Below are positions 47,999 to 57,287 of a stretch of DNA of 64,000 bases, piece by piece. Positions within the stretch are counted from its first letter, which is position 1. Every line of letters starts with the position of its first letter. The DNA comes from a virus (taxonomy: Duplodnaviria > Caudoviricetes), in the IMG/VR virus record IMGVR_UViG_2866513116_000002, positions 17,938-81,937 of that record; one strand, given 5' to 3'. Made by a program: the position numbers and the translations under genes. Below the pieces are notes generated by a model. It ran no database searches. It saw nothing but the letters and a program-made list of their open reading frames with translations, and was not told the DNA's origin.

Positions 47999-48598
47999 GT
48001 GAAGAAGGCAATCGGCGCAATCGTTGTACTCCTGGCCATCGGTTGTGCAGCCGGTTGCGGGACCAGTTCAGATTCGAGTACCACCGCCGGCCGACACAGC
48101 TCATCGGCCACATCGGCATCGACCGCGACAGAGACCGCGGACGTCCTCAACAAGGCGGTCGGGCAGTCGGCCGGATGGAACTGTGCTGACGCCTCCGACG
48201 AAAGCTGTTCACTCGCCTTCACTGTCACTGCACTCGACAGGGTGCCTTCGGCCAACTGCTCAGACAGCGCGCCTCCGCCTGCGGGTTCCGAGATCTACCG
48301 ACTGGCCATCGATGCGCAGGCCTACCATTCAACCCCGGCGCCCAACGCAACCTTGCCTCCGGGGTTCGTCATCTCCTCGGACAACTGGTACGCGATCGAC
48401 GCGGACGGATACGGCACGAAGGCCGATGTCGCCATTGGGTGTGGCGACTTCGATCCCGGACCTTTCTATCGGCCTCTCAGTGTTGGCCAAAAAGGCCGTG
48501 GAAGCATCCTGTTCGCTCTTCCTGCGGGCTCCCGCGAACTTGAACTGCGCGAACAAGGTACGCCGGGAACGTGGCGCTGGGCGCTGCCGGCGGCGTGA
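47999..48598 (+). CDS. Lipoprotein moron
   Basis: MKK plus hydrophobic signal, AAGC lipobox, Ser/Thr linker, Ig-like C-terminus (GQKGRGSILF). Confidence 0.8.
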   Translation: MKKAIGAIVVLLAIGCAAGCGTSSDSSTTAGRHSSSATSASTATETADVLNKAVGQSAGWNCADASDESCSLAFTVTALDRVPSANCSDSAPPPAGSEIYRLAIDAQAYHSTPAPNATLPPGFVISSDNWYAIDADGYGTKADVAIGCGDFDPGPFYRPLSVGQKGRGSILFALPAGSRELELREQGTPGTWRWALPAA

Positions 48599-48744
48599 GA
48601 TTCGTTCGGGGCGACCGCGTCCACATTCTCGGCACTGACCGATGGGGCAAGGTGGCGGGCGAGCTCCGACCGCTCATCGCGGTCGACCTCGACGACGGCG
48701 ACAGGGGAGTTTTCGCGGCCGAGGAACTGGAGCATCTGGACTGA
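48595..48744 (+). CDS. Small SH3-like protein, 49 aa (absent from the ORF track)
   Basis: MRFVRGDRVHILGTDRWGKV...VDLDDG...FAAEELEHLD; GTGA coupling. Confidence 0.6.
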   Translation: MRFVRGDRVHILGTDRWGKVAGELRPLIAVDLDDGDRGVFAAEELEHLD

Positions 48745-48752
48745 CCGTCATC

Positions 48753-48775
48753 ACCCACGGTTTACCCACGGTAAA
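48753..48775. repeat. ACCCACGGT direct repeats, candidate integrase arm-type sites
   Basis: Copies at 48753-48761 and 48764-48772, ~110 nt inside the att core. Confidence 0.5.
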
Positions 48776-48825
48776 TAACTGGAATGATGCGCCTCAATAG
48801 AGAGCAGACGGACAGGCGAAGTCTC

Positions 48826-50646
48826 TCACCTGCACCTAGGGCAACGGCATGGACCGCTAGGACCCAGGCGTACCAGCCGACGCATCGAGTAGGTCAGGGG
48901 TTCGATTCCCCTTAGCTCCACCAAAGTGTTCTTACTCGAACCGGTGCCCAAAAGGATGTCGGCGAGGGATAGAGCCAGATCAGAAGAAGACGAGTCGTCA
49001 CCTACAGCCACCGAGGCCTCCGCAAGGGGGTCTCGGTGCGTATCTGGCTCCGTGTAGCCAGCCATCACAGTGGTCGGTCTCGCCTTCCGCGTGAGCTGGT
49101 GCGCAGCATAGAAGTCGTCGAACGGCGGATTGTGACGGCTGCCCTGCACCCCATGCTCATCGACGTAAAAGTGCTGGTAAAACGCCTGGTTGAGGTTTCG
49201 CCGTATGGTGTCGTTCCCGTCGCGGTAGTAGACGGCTGGGTTGGACACGAGTTCGAGGGCTTCGATCAGCACTCCGGCTCCGGCGGCAATCTCAGCCGAT
49301 GTGTTGGCCAGTCCTGCCTCGGCTGATGCGCGGTCAGCCTGGATCTTGCGGAGTTTGGCCCTGACCTTGGCCTGCGGAAGGGCTTCGTCAGCGAGGACGT
49401 CGATGAGTCGGTCTTCCTTGGCTTCGAGTTCTTTGAGTCTGCGTTTCAGGGATGCGTGGAGTTCGGTCACGCTGCGTTGCTCGTCGGCCATGGCGTCCGC
49501 GAGTACTTCTCGAACGCGAGTAACAAAGTGCGGCGGAAGTGTCATCGCGAAGTAGTGATCTACGATCGCCTGCTCGACTCCTTCGGCGGGAAGGTGCGGG
49601 AGGTCGCAGACGCCGTCCTGACGTCCTCGACACAAGAAGTAGGCGTACCGCCGACCTGAGCGACCCCGGGCCTCTGTGAAGATGAGCCGGGATACCTGTC
49701 CGCGCTCTTCGCATCGGGCGCAGAACAGTGTGCCTTTGAGGTAGTGCTGGAGGACTCGGTCGCGCTGCCCTCCTTTGCTTCGTAGGTTCATGACGTCCTG
49801 CACACGGTCAAACAGATCTTGGTCAATGATCGGCTCGTGCCGCCCCTGGTAGATCTCACCTTTGTAGGTCACGTAGCCCAGGTAGTACTGCTCTCTGAGC
49901 ATCCTGTGCAGCCATTTGAATGTGACAGGGCGTTCGGGGAGCTTCGGAGTGGCCCGGGTGGTCAGCCCGAGATCAGCCATGGTCGCTTCGAGCCGCTCAA
50001 GGCCGTATTCCCCGGTGGCATACAGTTCGAATGCTTTGCGCACCAACGGTGCCCGTTTGGGGTCAAGCTGCACGGTGTTGATCTGTCGGCCTTCATGCTC
50101 GACGCGGACGTTCTGGTAGCCGAGCGGCGCTTTGCCTGTGGTGCCGCCGTTGATCGCCTTGTGCTGGAGCTTGATGCGAATGTCTTCGCCGCTGAGGCGA
50201 TTCTGCACCTCGTTGAAGATGTCGGTGACGGCTTCCATGGCGTCGGCATAGACACCATCACCGAAATCTTCACGTGCAGACACGAGTCTGACGTGGAGCT
50301 TGTCCAGGAGGCGTTTCGTTATTGCGGCGTCGATATAGTTCCGGAATGCGCGAGACCTCGCATATACGACGACATACCGAACGTCGGGATTCTCGCGCAG
50401 ATACGCGAGCATGTCCTGAAAGACTTGGCGCTTCTCGATTGTTGACGCCGAGACGCCGGGCTCAACGAACTCGCGTGCAACGATCGCTCCGATGCTGTCC
50501 GCCTTTCGCGTGCTGACCTCACGCTGGGTTGCGATGGAATTTCCATCCGGATCGATGTCAACGGCCGTATCCATCTGCTTCTTGCTCGACACGCGCAAAT
50601 AGAGCACGGCCTTCCCGGCGCCATCGGTGTTGGTCGCGTGAGTCAT
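48826..50646 (-). CDS. Large serine recombinase (integrase)
   Basis: YLRVSS catalytic motif, SRAFRN, APLGY, YYLG, HEPII, Zn ribbon, coiled coil; C-terminus VELRGIEPLT read from antisense tRNA. Confidence 0.93.
   Translation of the reverse strand: MTHATNTDGAGKAVLYLRVSSKKQMDTAVDIDPDGNSIATQREVSTRKADSIGAIVAREFVEPGVSASTIEKRQVFQDMLAYLRENPDVRYVVVYARSRAFRNYIDAAITKRLLDKLHVRLVSAREDFGDGVYADAMEAVTDIFNEVQNRLSGEDIRIKLQHKAINGGTTGKAPLGYQNVRVEHEGRQINTVQLDPKRAPLVRKAFELYATGEYGLERLEATMADLGLTTRATPKLPERPVTFKWLHRMLREQYYLGYVTYKGEIYQGRHEPIIDQDLFDRVQDVMNLRSKGGQRDRVLQHYLKGTLFCARCEERGQVSRLIFTEARGRSGRRYAYFLCRGRQDGVCDLPHLPAEGVEQAIVDHYFAMTLPPHFVTRVREVLADAMADEQRSVTELHASLKRRLKELEAKEDRLIDVLADEALPQAKVRAKLRKIQADRASAEAGLANTSAEIAAGAGVLIEALELVSNPAVYYRDGNDTIRRNLNQAFYQHFYVDEHGVQGSRHNPPFDDFYAAHQLTRKARPTTVMAGYTEPDTHRDPLAEASVAVGDDSSSSDLALSLADILLGTGSSKNTLVELRGIEPLTYSMRRLVRLGPSGPCRCPRCR
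48881..48923 (+). other. 3' half of tRNA-Ala(CGC): prophage attR core / element junction
   Basis: CGCATCGAGTAGGTCAGGGGTTCGATTCCCCTTAGCTCCACCA (anticodon, T-arm, acceptor 3' strand, CCA); no 5' half upstream. Confidence 0.88.
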
Positions 50647-50649
50647 AGG

Positions 50650-51087
50650 TCAGCACTCCTTCGGTGCGCAGGGACATTGTGGGCAGTGAGTGCTGCGTTG
50701 CGGGCAGCTTGCGGTGGACAGTCGGTAGTCGCCTCGTGTGCGGACTGCTCGTTTGGATCGCAAGTCATCGACGTAGTGCTCGGCCTCCTCGACAGCGGAC
50801 TCCGGTAGGTCGGCAAACTTGGCGTTCAGGTACGTGCCGAGGTCCGGCAGGTCGTCGGCGGTGAGCCACCCGACTGTGGTGAATAGTTGCATCGGGCTGA
50901 TACCAAGTACTTTTGCGATGGCGATCAGACTCTCGACTCGCGGTTTGGCGATCATGCCCTGCTCGATGCGCCAAACAGTTCCAGTGTCGACTCCGGCACG
51001 ACGAGCGACTTCGTTGACGCTCAATTTCAACTCGCTACGCTTGCCCGTCAGCAGGTTGATGAGTTTCACCGTTTGATCTGGCGTCAT
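50650..51087 (-). CDS. XRE-family HTH transcriptional regulator
   Basis: LSVNEVARRAGVDTGTVWRIEQG...IAKVLG; ATG at 51087. Confidence 0.88.
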   Translation of the reverse strand: MTPDQTVKLINLLTGKRSELKLSVNEVARRAGVDTGTVWRIEQGMIAKPRVESLIAIAKVLGISPMQLFTTVGWLTADDLPDLGTYLNAKFADLPESAVEEAEHYVDDLRSKRAVRTRGDYRLSTASCPQRSTHCPQCPCAPKEC

Positions 51088-51128
51088 TTCTATTAATTCC
51101 CCTTCTATTTCCCATTGTATAACGAGGC

Positions 51129-51144
51129 ATTGATTAAAATCAAT
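51129..51144. promoter_or_regulatory. Palindromic operator ATTGA-N6-TCAAT
   Basis: ATTGATTAAAATCAAT upstream of XRE gene; second copy at 56942. Confidence 0.6.
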
Positions 51145-51235
51145 AGAAATGCGCAATATAACGCCTAGATTGTTCGCAATTTCGGAACGGAATATTTCGG
51201 AACCTTTGCAGTTTCGAGGCGGTGCTATGCGCGGG

Positions 51236-51850
51236 TTATATGTTGGCATTGAATAGCCAGACTCCGCCCTCAGGGTCGTCGATGCTTGCAATGTCGCCGC
51301 TGGCTTCGAGGTCGCGGGCGATGGCCGCGTAGTCAATGTGGGTGTATTGCTGTACGTACTCGGGCAGCTTTTCCAGTTCCTGGGTGTAGCCGAGGTCGTC
51401 AGCGAATTGTTCGGCGTAGTCGGTGATGGATGCGTAGTGTCCGAGGTAGGCCTCCTGGAAGGCGTCGTCTGGGTCGCTGTCGTCGTCACGTGTGTGGCGC
51501 CACGCCGCGTAGGCGTAGCCGTGCTCAGCGATGCCACGCGCGAGTGCGGCGACGTGCTCGATGCGGTCGTATTCGCCGATCTGGCACTGTCCGAATTGGT
51601 CGTAGTCGTGGATGGCCCATTCTTCGGCGTCGGGCTCCTGTGAGGTGGCGAGCATGGTCGCGATGTCGGCGTAGATGTCGTCGGGGTCGCGGGCGGTGTT
51701 GAGCCAGGTGCCGTGGAGTCGTCCGTTGTTGTAGTCGGCCAAGCTGGCGACGTAGATCGACGGCTTTGGCGACGGGTCGCCTTCGTGGTGGCGCTCGGAG
51801 TCTGCGGTACCCGGCTGTGATGGTTCGTGAGGGGTTTCATTCATTCTCAC
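51236..51850 (-). CDS. ardA: ArdA antirestriction protein
   Basis: IYVASLADYNNGRLHGTW, EEWAIHDYD, YLGHY, IDYAAIARDL; highly acidic. Confidence 0.92.
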   Translation of the reverse strand: MRMNETPHEPSQPGTADSERHHEGDPSPKPSIYVASLADYNNGRLHGTWLNTARDPDDIYADIATMLATSQEPDAEEWAIHDYDQFGQCQIGEYDRIEHVAALARGIAEHGYAYAAWRHTRDDDSDPDDAFQEAYLGHYASITDYAEQFADDLGYTQELEKLPEYVQQYTHIDYAAIARDLEASGDIASIDDPEGGVWLFNANI

Positions 51851-51986
51851 CTCCTTTCGTGGTCATGGGTTGTTGACGGGCCGGGTCGGAACGCGGGGAG
51901 AGCGTGGTGCTCGGTCTCCGTGTCCCGACCCTGGCCCTGGGGTTGCGCCGTGAGGGTTCAGCGGCGTCCGTGTGATGCCGCGGGCA

Positions 51987-52313
51987 TCAGGATGTGGTGT
52001 CACCTCCCTTCGGGCTCCGGCGCGTACGAGACGTTCCGGGAGCGGGTTCGCCGCCGTCGGCGAACAGGGTGGCGATGGCTTCTTGGCGGGCGGCGGCTTC
52101 ACGCTCGATATCGGCGCGAGCTTGTGCGGCCTTGCCTGCCAGTTCCGGATCGTCCTTGGCCCGACTGATGTGCTCGGCGATGGCGATCTGGATTTCATCG
52201 GTGATGGTTCCGTCGCGCAGTTGGGCAATGAAGCTCAGCTGCGCGTGGACATCGGGCTTGAGTTTGATGCCAAGGGTTTTGACGCCTCGGTTCGACTCAT
52301 CGGGTGTGGACAT
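51987..52313 (-). CDS. RHH-like DNA-binding protein
   Basis: KTLGIKLKPDVHAQLSFIAQL; GAGGAGG RBS. Confidence 0.7.
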   Translation of the reverse strand: MSTPDESNRGVKTLGIKLKPDVHAQLSFIAQLRDGTITDEIQIAIAEHISRAKDDPELAGKAAQARADIEREAAARQEAIATLFADGGEPAPGTSRTRRSPKGGDTTS

Positions 52314-52397
52314 TGCGACCTCCTCGGTGCGCTGCGGCCGGTAACCACGGTGTGTGGTTACAGATAACGGCCGCATGACACCGACGAGGCATGAGGT

Positions 52398-53435
52398 TCA
52401 TGCAGCTGCCCCTTCGGGTGGTGCCCGGCGTTCTCGCGCGTCGGCGATCCGCTGTTCGGCGGCGGCAGCGAATGCTGGGTTGATCTCGATGCCCATCCAG
52501 TCGCGGCTGAGCGTCTCGGCGGCGATAGCGGTGGTGCCGCTGCCCATGAAGGGGTCGAGGACCAAGCCTGGCTCCTTGGCCGCGTGGCATCCGCAGGTCG
52601 GTGCAAGGGCGTCGCGGGTAGCGGTTCCGCCGAGCGCGCGGATGACGTTGCGCCGCCACGGTGCTCGGCAGCGCGTGCAGCGAGCTTCGGGGCAGCCGGC
52701 GGCGATCATGCGTTCGGCTAGCTTGAGCGGGAAGATCGCATGGTGGGCAGCCCGGTAGCCGCCTGGGGTGATCGTCCAGACGTCGCCGGGGTTCTTGCCG
52801 AGGGGATGACCGTTTCGTCCCTGGGCTTTGATCGACTGCAGGCCGCTGGCGGCCATCCCGTTCGGTCCGCGCCACGATTCCCGCGCCTGCCCTGTGGCCT
52901 TTGCAGTCTTGCGCTTCGACGTTGATCGGCTCCGTAGCGGTTGGCGGATGGCGTCGAGGTCGAAGAAGTAGCGGGGCTGCTTCGCGAGGACGTAGATGAC
53001 TTCGTAGGTGCAGTTGAGCCGGTCTGGCACGCTGGTCGGGACCGGGTTCGGCTTGGCCCAGACGATCTTGTTGCGGATGATCCAGCCGTTGTCCTGGAGG
53101 CGAAGCGCGAGTCGCTCGGGAGCCATCAGCAGGCTTTTGCGAGCGGCGCCCTGCGACGAGTGGCCTGAGTAGGTGTCGCCGACGTTGAGCCAGAAGGTGC
53201 CGGTCGGGACGAGGACACGGCGGACTTCATCACTGAGTGCTACGAGGTGGGTCACCCAGTCGTCGACGTGAGGTTCGAGCCCGATCTGGCCGTCAGCGCC
53301 GTAGTCACGCAGACGGAAGTACGGAGGACTGGTGACAACACAGTCGACCGAGCCGTCTGCCAGAGCCGAGAGGTGGGTCAGCGCATCGCCGACCACGATT
53401 CGGTTTCGCTCGACTGGTTGTTGATTCGCACTCAT
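52398..53435 (-). CDS. DNA N4-cytosine (SPPY) methyltransferase, beta class
   Basis: VTSPPYF, IVWAKPNP, H.AIFP, LDPFMGSGTT. Confidence 0.9.
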   Translation of the reverse strand: MSANQQPVERNRIVVGDALTHLSALADGSVDCVVTSPPYFRLRDYGADGQIGLEPHVDDWVTHLVALSDEVRRVLVPTGTFWLNVGDTYSGHSSQGAARKSLLMAPERLALRLQDNGWIIRNKIVWAKPNPVPTSVPDRLNCTYEVIYVLAKQPRYFFDLDAIRQPLRSRSTSKRKTAKATGQARESWRGPNGMAASGLQSIKAQGRNGHPLGKNPGDVWTITPGGYRAAHHAIFPLKLAERMIAAGCPEARCTRCRAPWRRNVIRALGGTATRDALAPTCGCHAAKEPGLVLDPFMGSGTTAIAAETLSRDWMGIEINPAFAAAAEQRIADARERRAPPEGAAA

Positions 53436-54427
53436 CGCAAACCTCCAGTGCCGAGGAGCGGTAGGAGGTCCTCTGGTGCGACGACGCGGAACAGCGCGGT
53501 CGGTAGCCGTCGGTCGGCAGCGATTGCGTCGGTGAGATCCTGGCGGCGTCGTTCGGCCCGCTCGGTGTTGGCGTGCGTCACCGACCAGACGACGAGCGGG
53601 AACGCACCGTGTTCGGACTGCTCGAAGCCGGTCTGGCGGTAAGCTTCGTACTCGCGGCACTTGGTGAGCAGTGTCGGGATGTGCTCGGTGCCGAGGTCGA
53701 CTTCGATGAACCAGGCAGAGACGAGGTCGTCGGTTGAGGCAGTTTCGGCGTATAGGTCGGGCTTGAGGATGCGGCGAGCCGATCCGATTCCGGTGAAGCG
53801 GCGCCAACTGGCAGGCTCGACGGCACCGTCGACCAGATCGACGTCCCCGGCTCGGTGGGCCACGACGAGGGCAACGTGGGCATCGGCAATGGCGAGGCGG
53901 TGGTTGACGAAGCGAGGGCTCGGATCGAACCGCAGGCGTCCGGTTCGCCGCCGGTTGGTTTTTCGGGCCAACATTCGATCTCCGGCTACACCGACGTGGA
54001 AGATGAGTCCCGCTGATCCGGCGCGTGTACCGCCGATCCGGCGATCGAGTGTGTCGAGGACGCGAAGTCCTCGTAGGCGGTTCAGCACCCGTCGGGCGAT
54101 GCGGTTGCGCGCGTTCGAGCTGATGGCGGCGAAATGGAGTCCTTCGATCTGGCGGACAGTGAGGAATTGGTGTTCATCGACGGACGCCAGGATTGCGCGG
54201 TCGCGGTCACTAAGACGGTCGGCGATGCGGTCGATGTCGGCGGCAGATAGCCGGCGCCGTGGCCGTGCGGACGGTGTGGTGCCCGTATGGGCACCATCAT
54301 TCCCTGACGGTACGGATGCGGATGATTCGTTGACCAGGGGTGATACGGACGGTGTGGACGACACGACCGGACCAGCGACCGGATCACCGTATGCTGCCTC
54401 ACCCGCCCCGTGTATCGCCCCGTTCAT
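53432..54427 (-). CDS. Replication-relaxation family protein
   Basis: LSDRDRAIL wHTH, H.LAIAD, LKPD, FIEVDLGTE, K...Y motifs. Confidence 0.88.
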   Translation of the reverse strand: MNGAIHGAGEAAYGDPVAGPVVSSTPSVSPLVNESSASVPSGNDGAHTGTTPSARPRRRLSAADIDRIADRLSDRDRAILASVDEHQFLTVRQIEGLHFAAISSNARNRIARRVLNRLRGLRVLDTLDRRIGGTRAGSAGLIFHVGVAGDRMLARKTNRRRTGRLRFDPSPRFVNHRLAIADAHVALVVAHRAGDVDLVDGAVEPASWRRFTGIGSARRILKPDLYAETASTDDLVSAWFIEVDLGTEHIPTLLTKCREYEAYRQTGFEQSEHGAFPLVVWSVTHANTERAERRRQDLTDAIAADRRLPTALFRVVAPEDLLPLLGTGGLR

Positions 54428-56625
54428 GCCTGCCTCCGTCGTCGCCGGGGGCCGCCGATGTCGTCGGCGTCGGTCGTGTGCTGCGCACCCTCGATGAGCG
54501 CGGTGAAGCTGGCTTCGATGTCGGCGAGCGGTTGTCCGTAGCGGTCGCGGCTGCGACGGCGAATGGCGGCGGGGTCGCTGCTGGTGGCTGGCGCGGGGTT
54601 GGTGGCTCCGGACGCCCAGGGCTGGACGGCGTTGTCGCGCACCAGGCTGGCGTAGATGTGGTGGGCCGGGAGCCGGGTGAAGTCCTCGACAGTGAGGACG
54701 GATTGCCCGGCCACCATTTCCTTGGCGTCACCAGCTTGGAGCTGGAAGCAGACGCGCGAGCGGGCGTTGTTGCGGAATGCGTCGAGCATCGACGATGGCA
54801 GCTGCTTCTCATACTGGTGAGCCAGGTGAAACCCGGCGCGCAGACTCCGAGCGGTTGCCAGGGCGTCGCCGAGATCGGTGGGAAGTCGGAGGTAGTCCTG
54901 CACCTCGTCGATGTAGATCATCACCGGGTCGCGTTGGTCTTCGGGTGTTCCGACGCGTTCGCGGATGGCTTGCCAGAGTTCGGCGACGACCAGCGCGCCG
55001 AGCAGTTGGGCGTTCTCCGGCCCAACAACACCTTTTTGGAGCGGGACGAGCAGCACCTTCTTCTCCGACAACGCCTGCCGCACGTTGAACTTCGGATGTT
55101 GTTGAGCCAGCACATCGCGAAGAGGCCTGCTCAGCAGCGGGCGCAGCTTGTTGCTCAGGGGTGCGATGGTGGTGGCGGTTGCTTCCGGCGACAAGCTGTC
55201 GAACCACTGCCAGAACGGCCCAGCGGCAAACGGGTCGGACTCCATGACGCCGCGGGTCAGGCGGCGGCGGAAGCCGGGATTGGTCAGCAGCAACGGCAGC
55301 ATGACGAGGCTGGCGTCGTCGCGGCGGGCGAGGAGATCGAGGCAGTTACGCAGGATGTCGGCCGATCGCGGCCCGAGACCGTCGCCCCAGATGGCTTTGA
55401 GGGTGCCGAACAGGGCGTCGGCCACCACCTCGGGTGAGCGCCCGTGACGGTTCTGGGCATCGAGCGGATTGATGCCGACGGGTGCTTCATCGAACAGGTC
55501 GAGCACGACGATGTCGCCCTGGCGCTTCTCCGGTATGCGGGCCAGGAGGTCGGCGATCAGGTCCTTCGGCTCGATGACCACCACGGGGCGGTCGGCTTCG
55601 AGGTCTTGGATGATGAGGTTTAACAGCAACGTCGACTTGCCGACGCCGTTCGGTCCGATCACCCATGTGTGCCGGAGTGCGTCGGTGACGTTGTAGCCGA
55701 TGGTGCCGTGCGCGCCTGGTGCGCTGGCTTCGGCGACGACGCGCACACCTTGTGTGAGGGCATTGCTTGGCCGGACGGGGCGAGGGTGGATCGGTGGCTG
55801 GCCGGGAAAGTGTTCGTCGCGATCGGCGATGGGCCACCCTGACAAGCGCGCTACTTCGGTGACGGTGAGGCGCTGGGATGGCGTGAACATTGACCATGAG
55901 GCGCGCGGTGTGTTGACGCGGGCGCTATTCTCTTGCCGCAGCATGATCCGAACGTCGGGTGCTTCGGTAGTCCCGATTGCCGCTGAGAGTCCGGTCAGCA
56001 GCACCTTTCGCCGCTCGGCGGTCCCTGCTTTTGCGCCGAGGCGGACGGCGGCGGTGAACGCGTGCTGGCCGAGCTTGTGTGTGAGGGCCTGTTTGGCGTC
56101 GGGGCGGTTCTCGCTGAGGACTCCGTGGATCAGCTTCGACACTGTGGGCTGGTTGTCGCGCATCAACGTCTGAGGCGGACTCTGGGGGTGATGGCGGGGG
56201 CCAAGCACGATCTGGATGGTGAGTTGTTCACCCTTCCCGACCGCAGTCAGGGCGTGCAGGATGGAGCGATGTGAGGCCACCGCGTCGACGGGCTCCAGTT
56301 GACGAAGGCTGGTACTCAACTGCACTCGGCGGGCCGTGGTGACGTGTTCCCGGTCGGCAGTATCGAAACTGGTGACGATGGCGCCATCGACGAGTTGCTC
56401 AACAGCACGCCGGACGGCCGCCCGGTGCCGGAGCTGACTCCCGATTAGGTATTCTACGCCAGTCACGTCGGCACGCGCTTCGAGGATCAGTTGAGGTGCA
56501 TGGGTCCGTGCAGCAAAGTGCCGCAGCAATCCGAACGCTGTCGTCTCTGGAAGTGGTTGCGGCCAAAACAGCTGTTGCCACACCATCGATCCCGCCGACA
56601 CGGTGGTCTCACCCAGCTCAGTCAT
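54424..56625 (-). CDS. TraD/VirD4-like coupling ATPase
   Basis: H.WVIGPNGVGKS Walker A, IEPK.DL, YIDEVQ Walker B, ARS...LAHQ. Confidence 0.88.
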   Translation of the reverse strand: MTELGETTVSAGSMVWQQLFWPQPLPETTAFGLLRHFAARTHAPQLILEARADVTGVEYLIGSQLRHRAAVRRAVEQLVDGAIVTSFDTADREHVTTARRVQLSTSLRQLEPVDAVASHRSILHALTAVGKGEQLTIQIVLGPRHHPQSPPQTLMRDNQPTVSKLIHGVLSENRPDAKQALTHKLGQHAFTAAVRLGAKAGTAERRKVLLTGLSAAIGTTEAPDVRIMLRQENSARVNTPRASWSMFTPSQRLTVTEVARLSGWPIADRDEHFPGQPPIHPRPVRPSNALTQGVRVVAEASAPGAHGTIGYNVTDALRHTWVIGPNGVGKSTLLLNLIIQDLEADRPVVVIEPKDLIADLLARIPEKRQGDIVVLDLFDEAPVGINPLDAQNRHGRSPEVVADALFGTLKAIWGDGLGPRSADILRNCLDLLARRDDASLVMLPLLLTNPGFRRRLTRGVMESDPFAAGPFWQWFDSLSPEATATTIAPLSNKLRPLLSRPLRDVLAQQHPKFNVRQALSEKKVLLVPLQKGVVGPENAQLLGALVVAELWQAIRERVGTPEDQRDPVMIYIDEVQDYLRLPTDLGDALATARSLRAGFHLAHQYEKQLPSSMLDAFRNNARSRVCFQLQAGDAKEMVAGQSVLTVEDFTRLPAHHIYASLVRDNAVQPWASGATNPAPATSSDPAAIRRRSRDRYGQPLADIEASFTALIEGAQHTTDADDIGGPRRRRRQA

Positions 56626-56866
56626 CGGCAGACTCCATTGCATCGGCCTGCTCTTCCGATGTCGACTTGTCCACGTGAGTTCCGGTCAGCGCCTGATCGA
56701 TATCTGCTTGTAGTTCGGCCTCGCGCATGGCCATCGCGATCACCGCACGGCTGAGCTTGCGGAGGTCTGGCTGGTCGCGCCGAACCCCGTGCACGACGAT
56801 CTGGCGATCTGACTTCGGCGTACCCCGAGCCCCACGCCGATAGTTTGTTCTTCCTGTTTTAGACAT
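56618..56866 (-). CDS. Small basic hypothetical protein
   Basis: GGAGG RBS; VRRDQPDLRKLSRAVI motif. Confidence 0.7.
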   Translation of the reverse strand: MSKTGRTNYRRGARGTPKSDRQIVVHGVRRDQPDLRKLSRAVIAMAMREAELQADIDQALTGTHVDKSTSEEQADAMESADD

Positions 56867-56941
56867 AGCTGTCCTCCAATGTGAATTACGTGATAAATGA
56901 ATGGGCCGCATTGAATTAGTGCAACTCGCCGGCTATTGTCT

Positions 56942-56957
56942 ATTGAATTAAATCAAT
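56942..56957. promoter_or_regulatory. Palindromic operator ATTGA-N6-TCAAT in AT-rich control region
   Basis: ATTGAATTAAATCAAT upstream of transfer operon. Confidence 0.6.
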
Positions 56958-57092
56958 AAGCAATAGACTCGGTCTGCATTTCAATTGTTCGAATCTCTAC
57001 TAACAGGGATGAATGTGAGACAAATTCATGAATGTGGAATTCACAACGTTGAGCATTTATGACATGGAATCGACCGCCGACAGCGTCGGGTG

Positions 57093-57287
57093 CTACCAGC
57101 CACGAAAGCGCCGATACACCAGAGCGCTGCTACTGCCGACGATCACGACGATGGCGATCGTGACACATAGCGGCACCCAGATCTCGCGCAAGATGTAGAT
57201 TGCTCCGGCCAGCGCCATGACGGCAATTAGGACAGTGATGCAGGTATCGAGTAGTCGGCCACCAAGCCCGCCGGGGTCGCCACTCAC
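57093..57287 (-). CDS. Small two-TM protein
   Basis: Two hydrophobic helices; coupled. Confidence 0.7.
   Translation of the reverse strand: MSGDPGGLGGRLLDTCITVLIAVMALAGAIYILREIWVPLCVTIAIVVIVGSSSALVYRRFRGW

Larger units (their letters stand above)
1..48923 (+). mobile_element. Temperate siphovirus prophage, right part (left end with integrase outside the window)
   Basis: Co-oriented early, replication, packaging, head, tail and lysis modules in canonical order; ends at a tRNA 3'-half duplication. Confidence 0.95.

Noticed and set aside
48850-48923. Complete tRNA-Ala gene
   Set aside because: Only anticodon-to-CCA is present; the upstream sequence cannot form the D-arm or acceptor 5' strand
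50650-51840. 396-aa ORF as one protein
   Set aside because: The N-terminal part is an alternative frame of ardA and crosses an AT-rich promoter gap; the real gene starts at 51087
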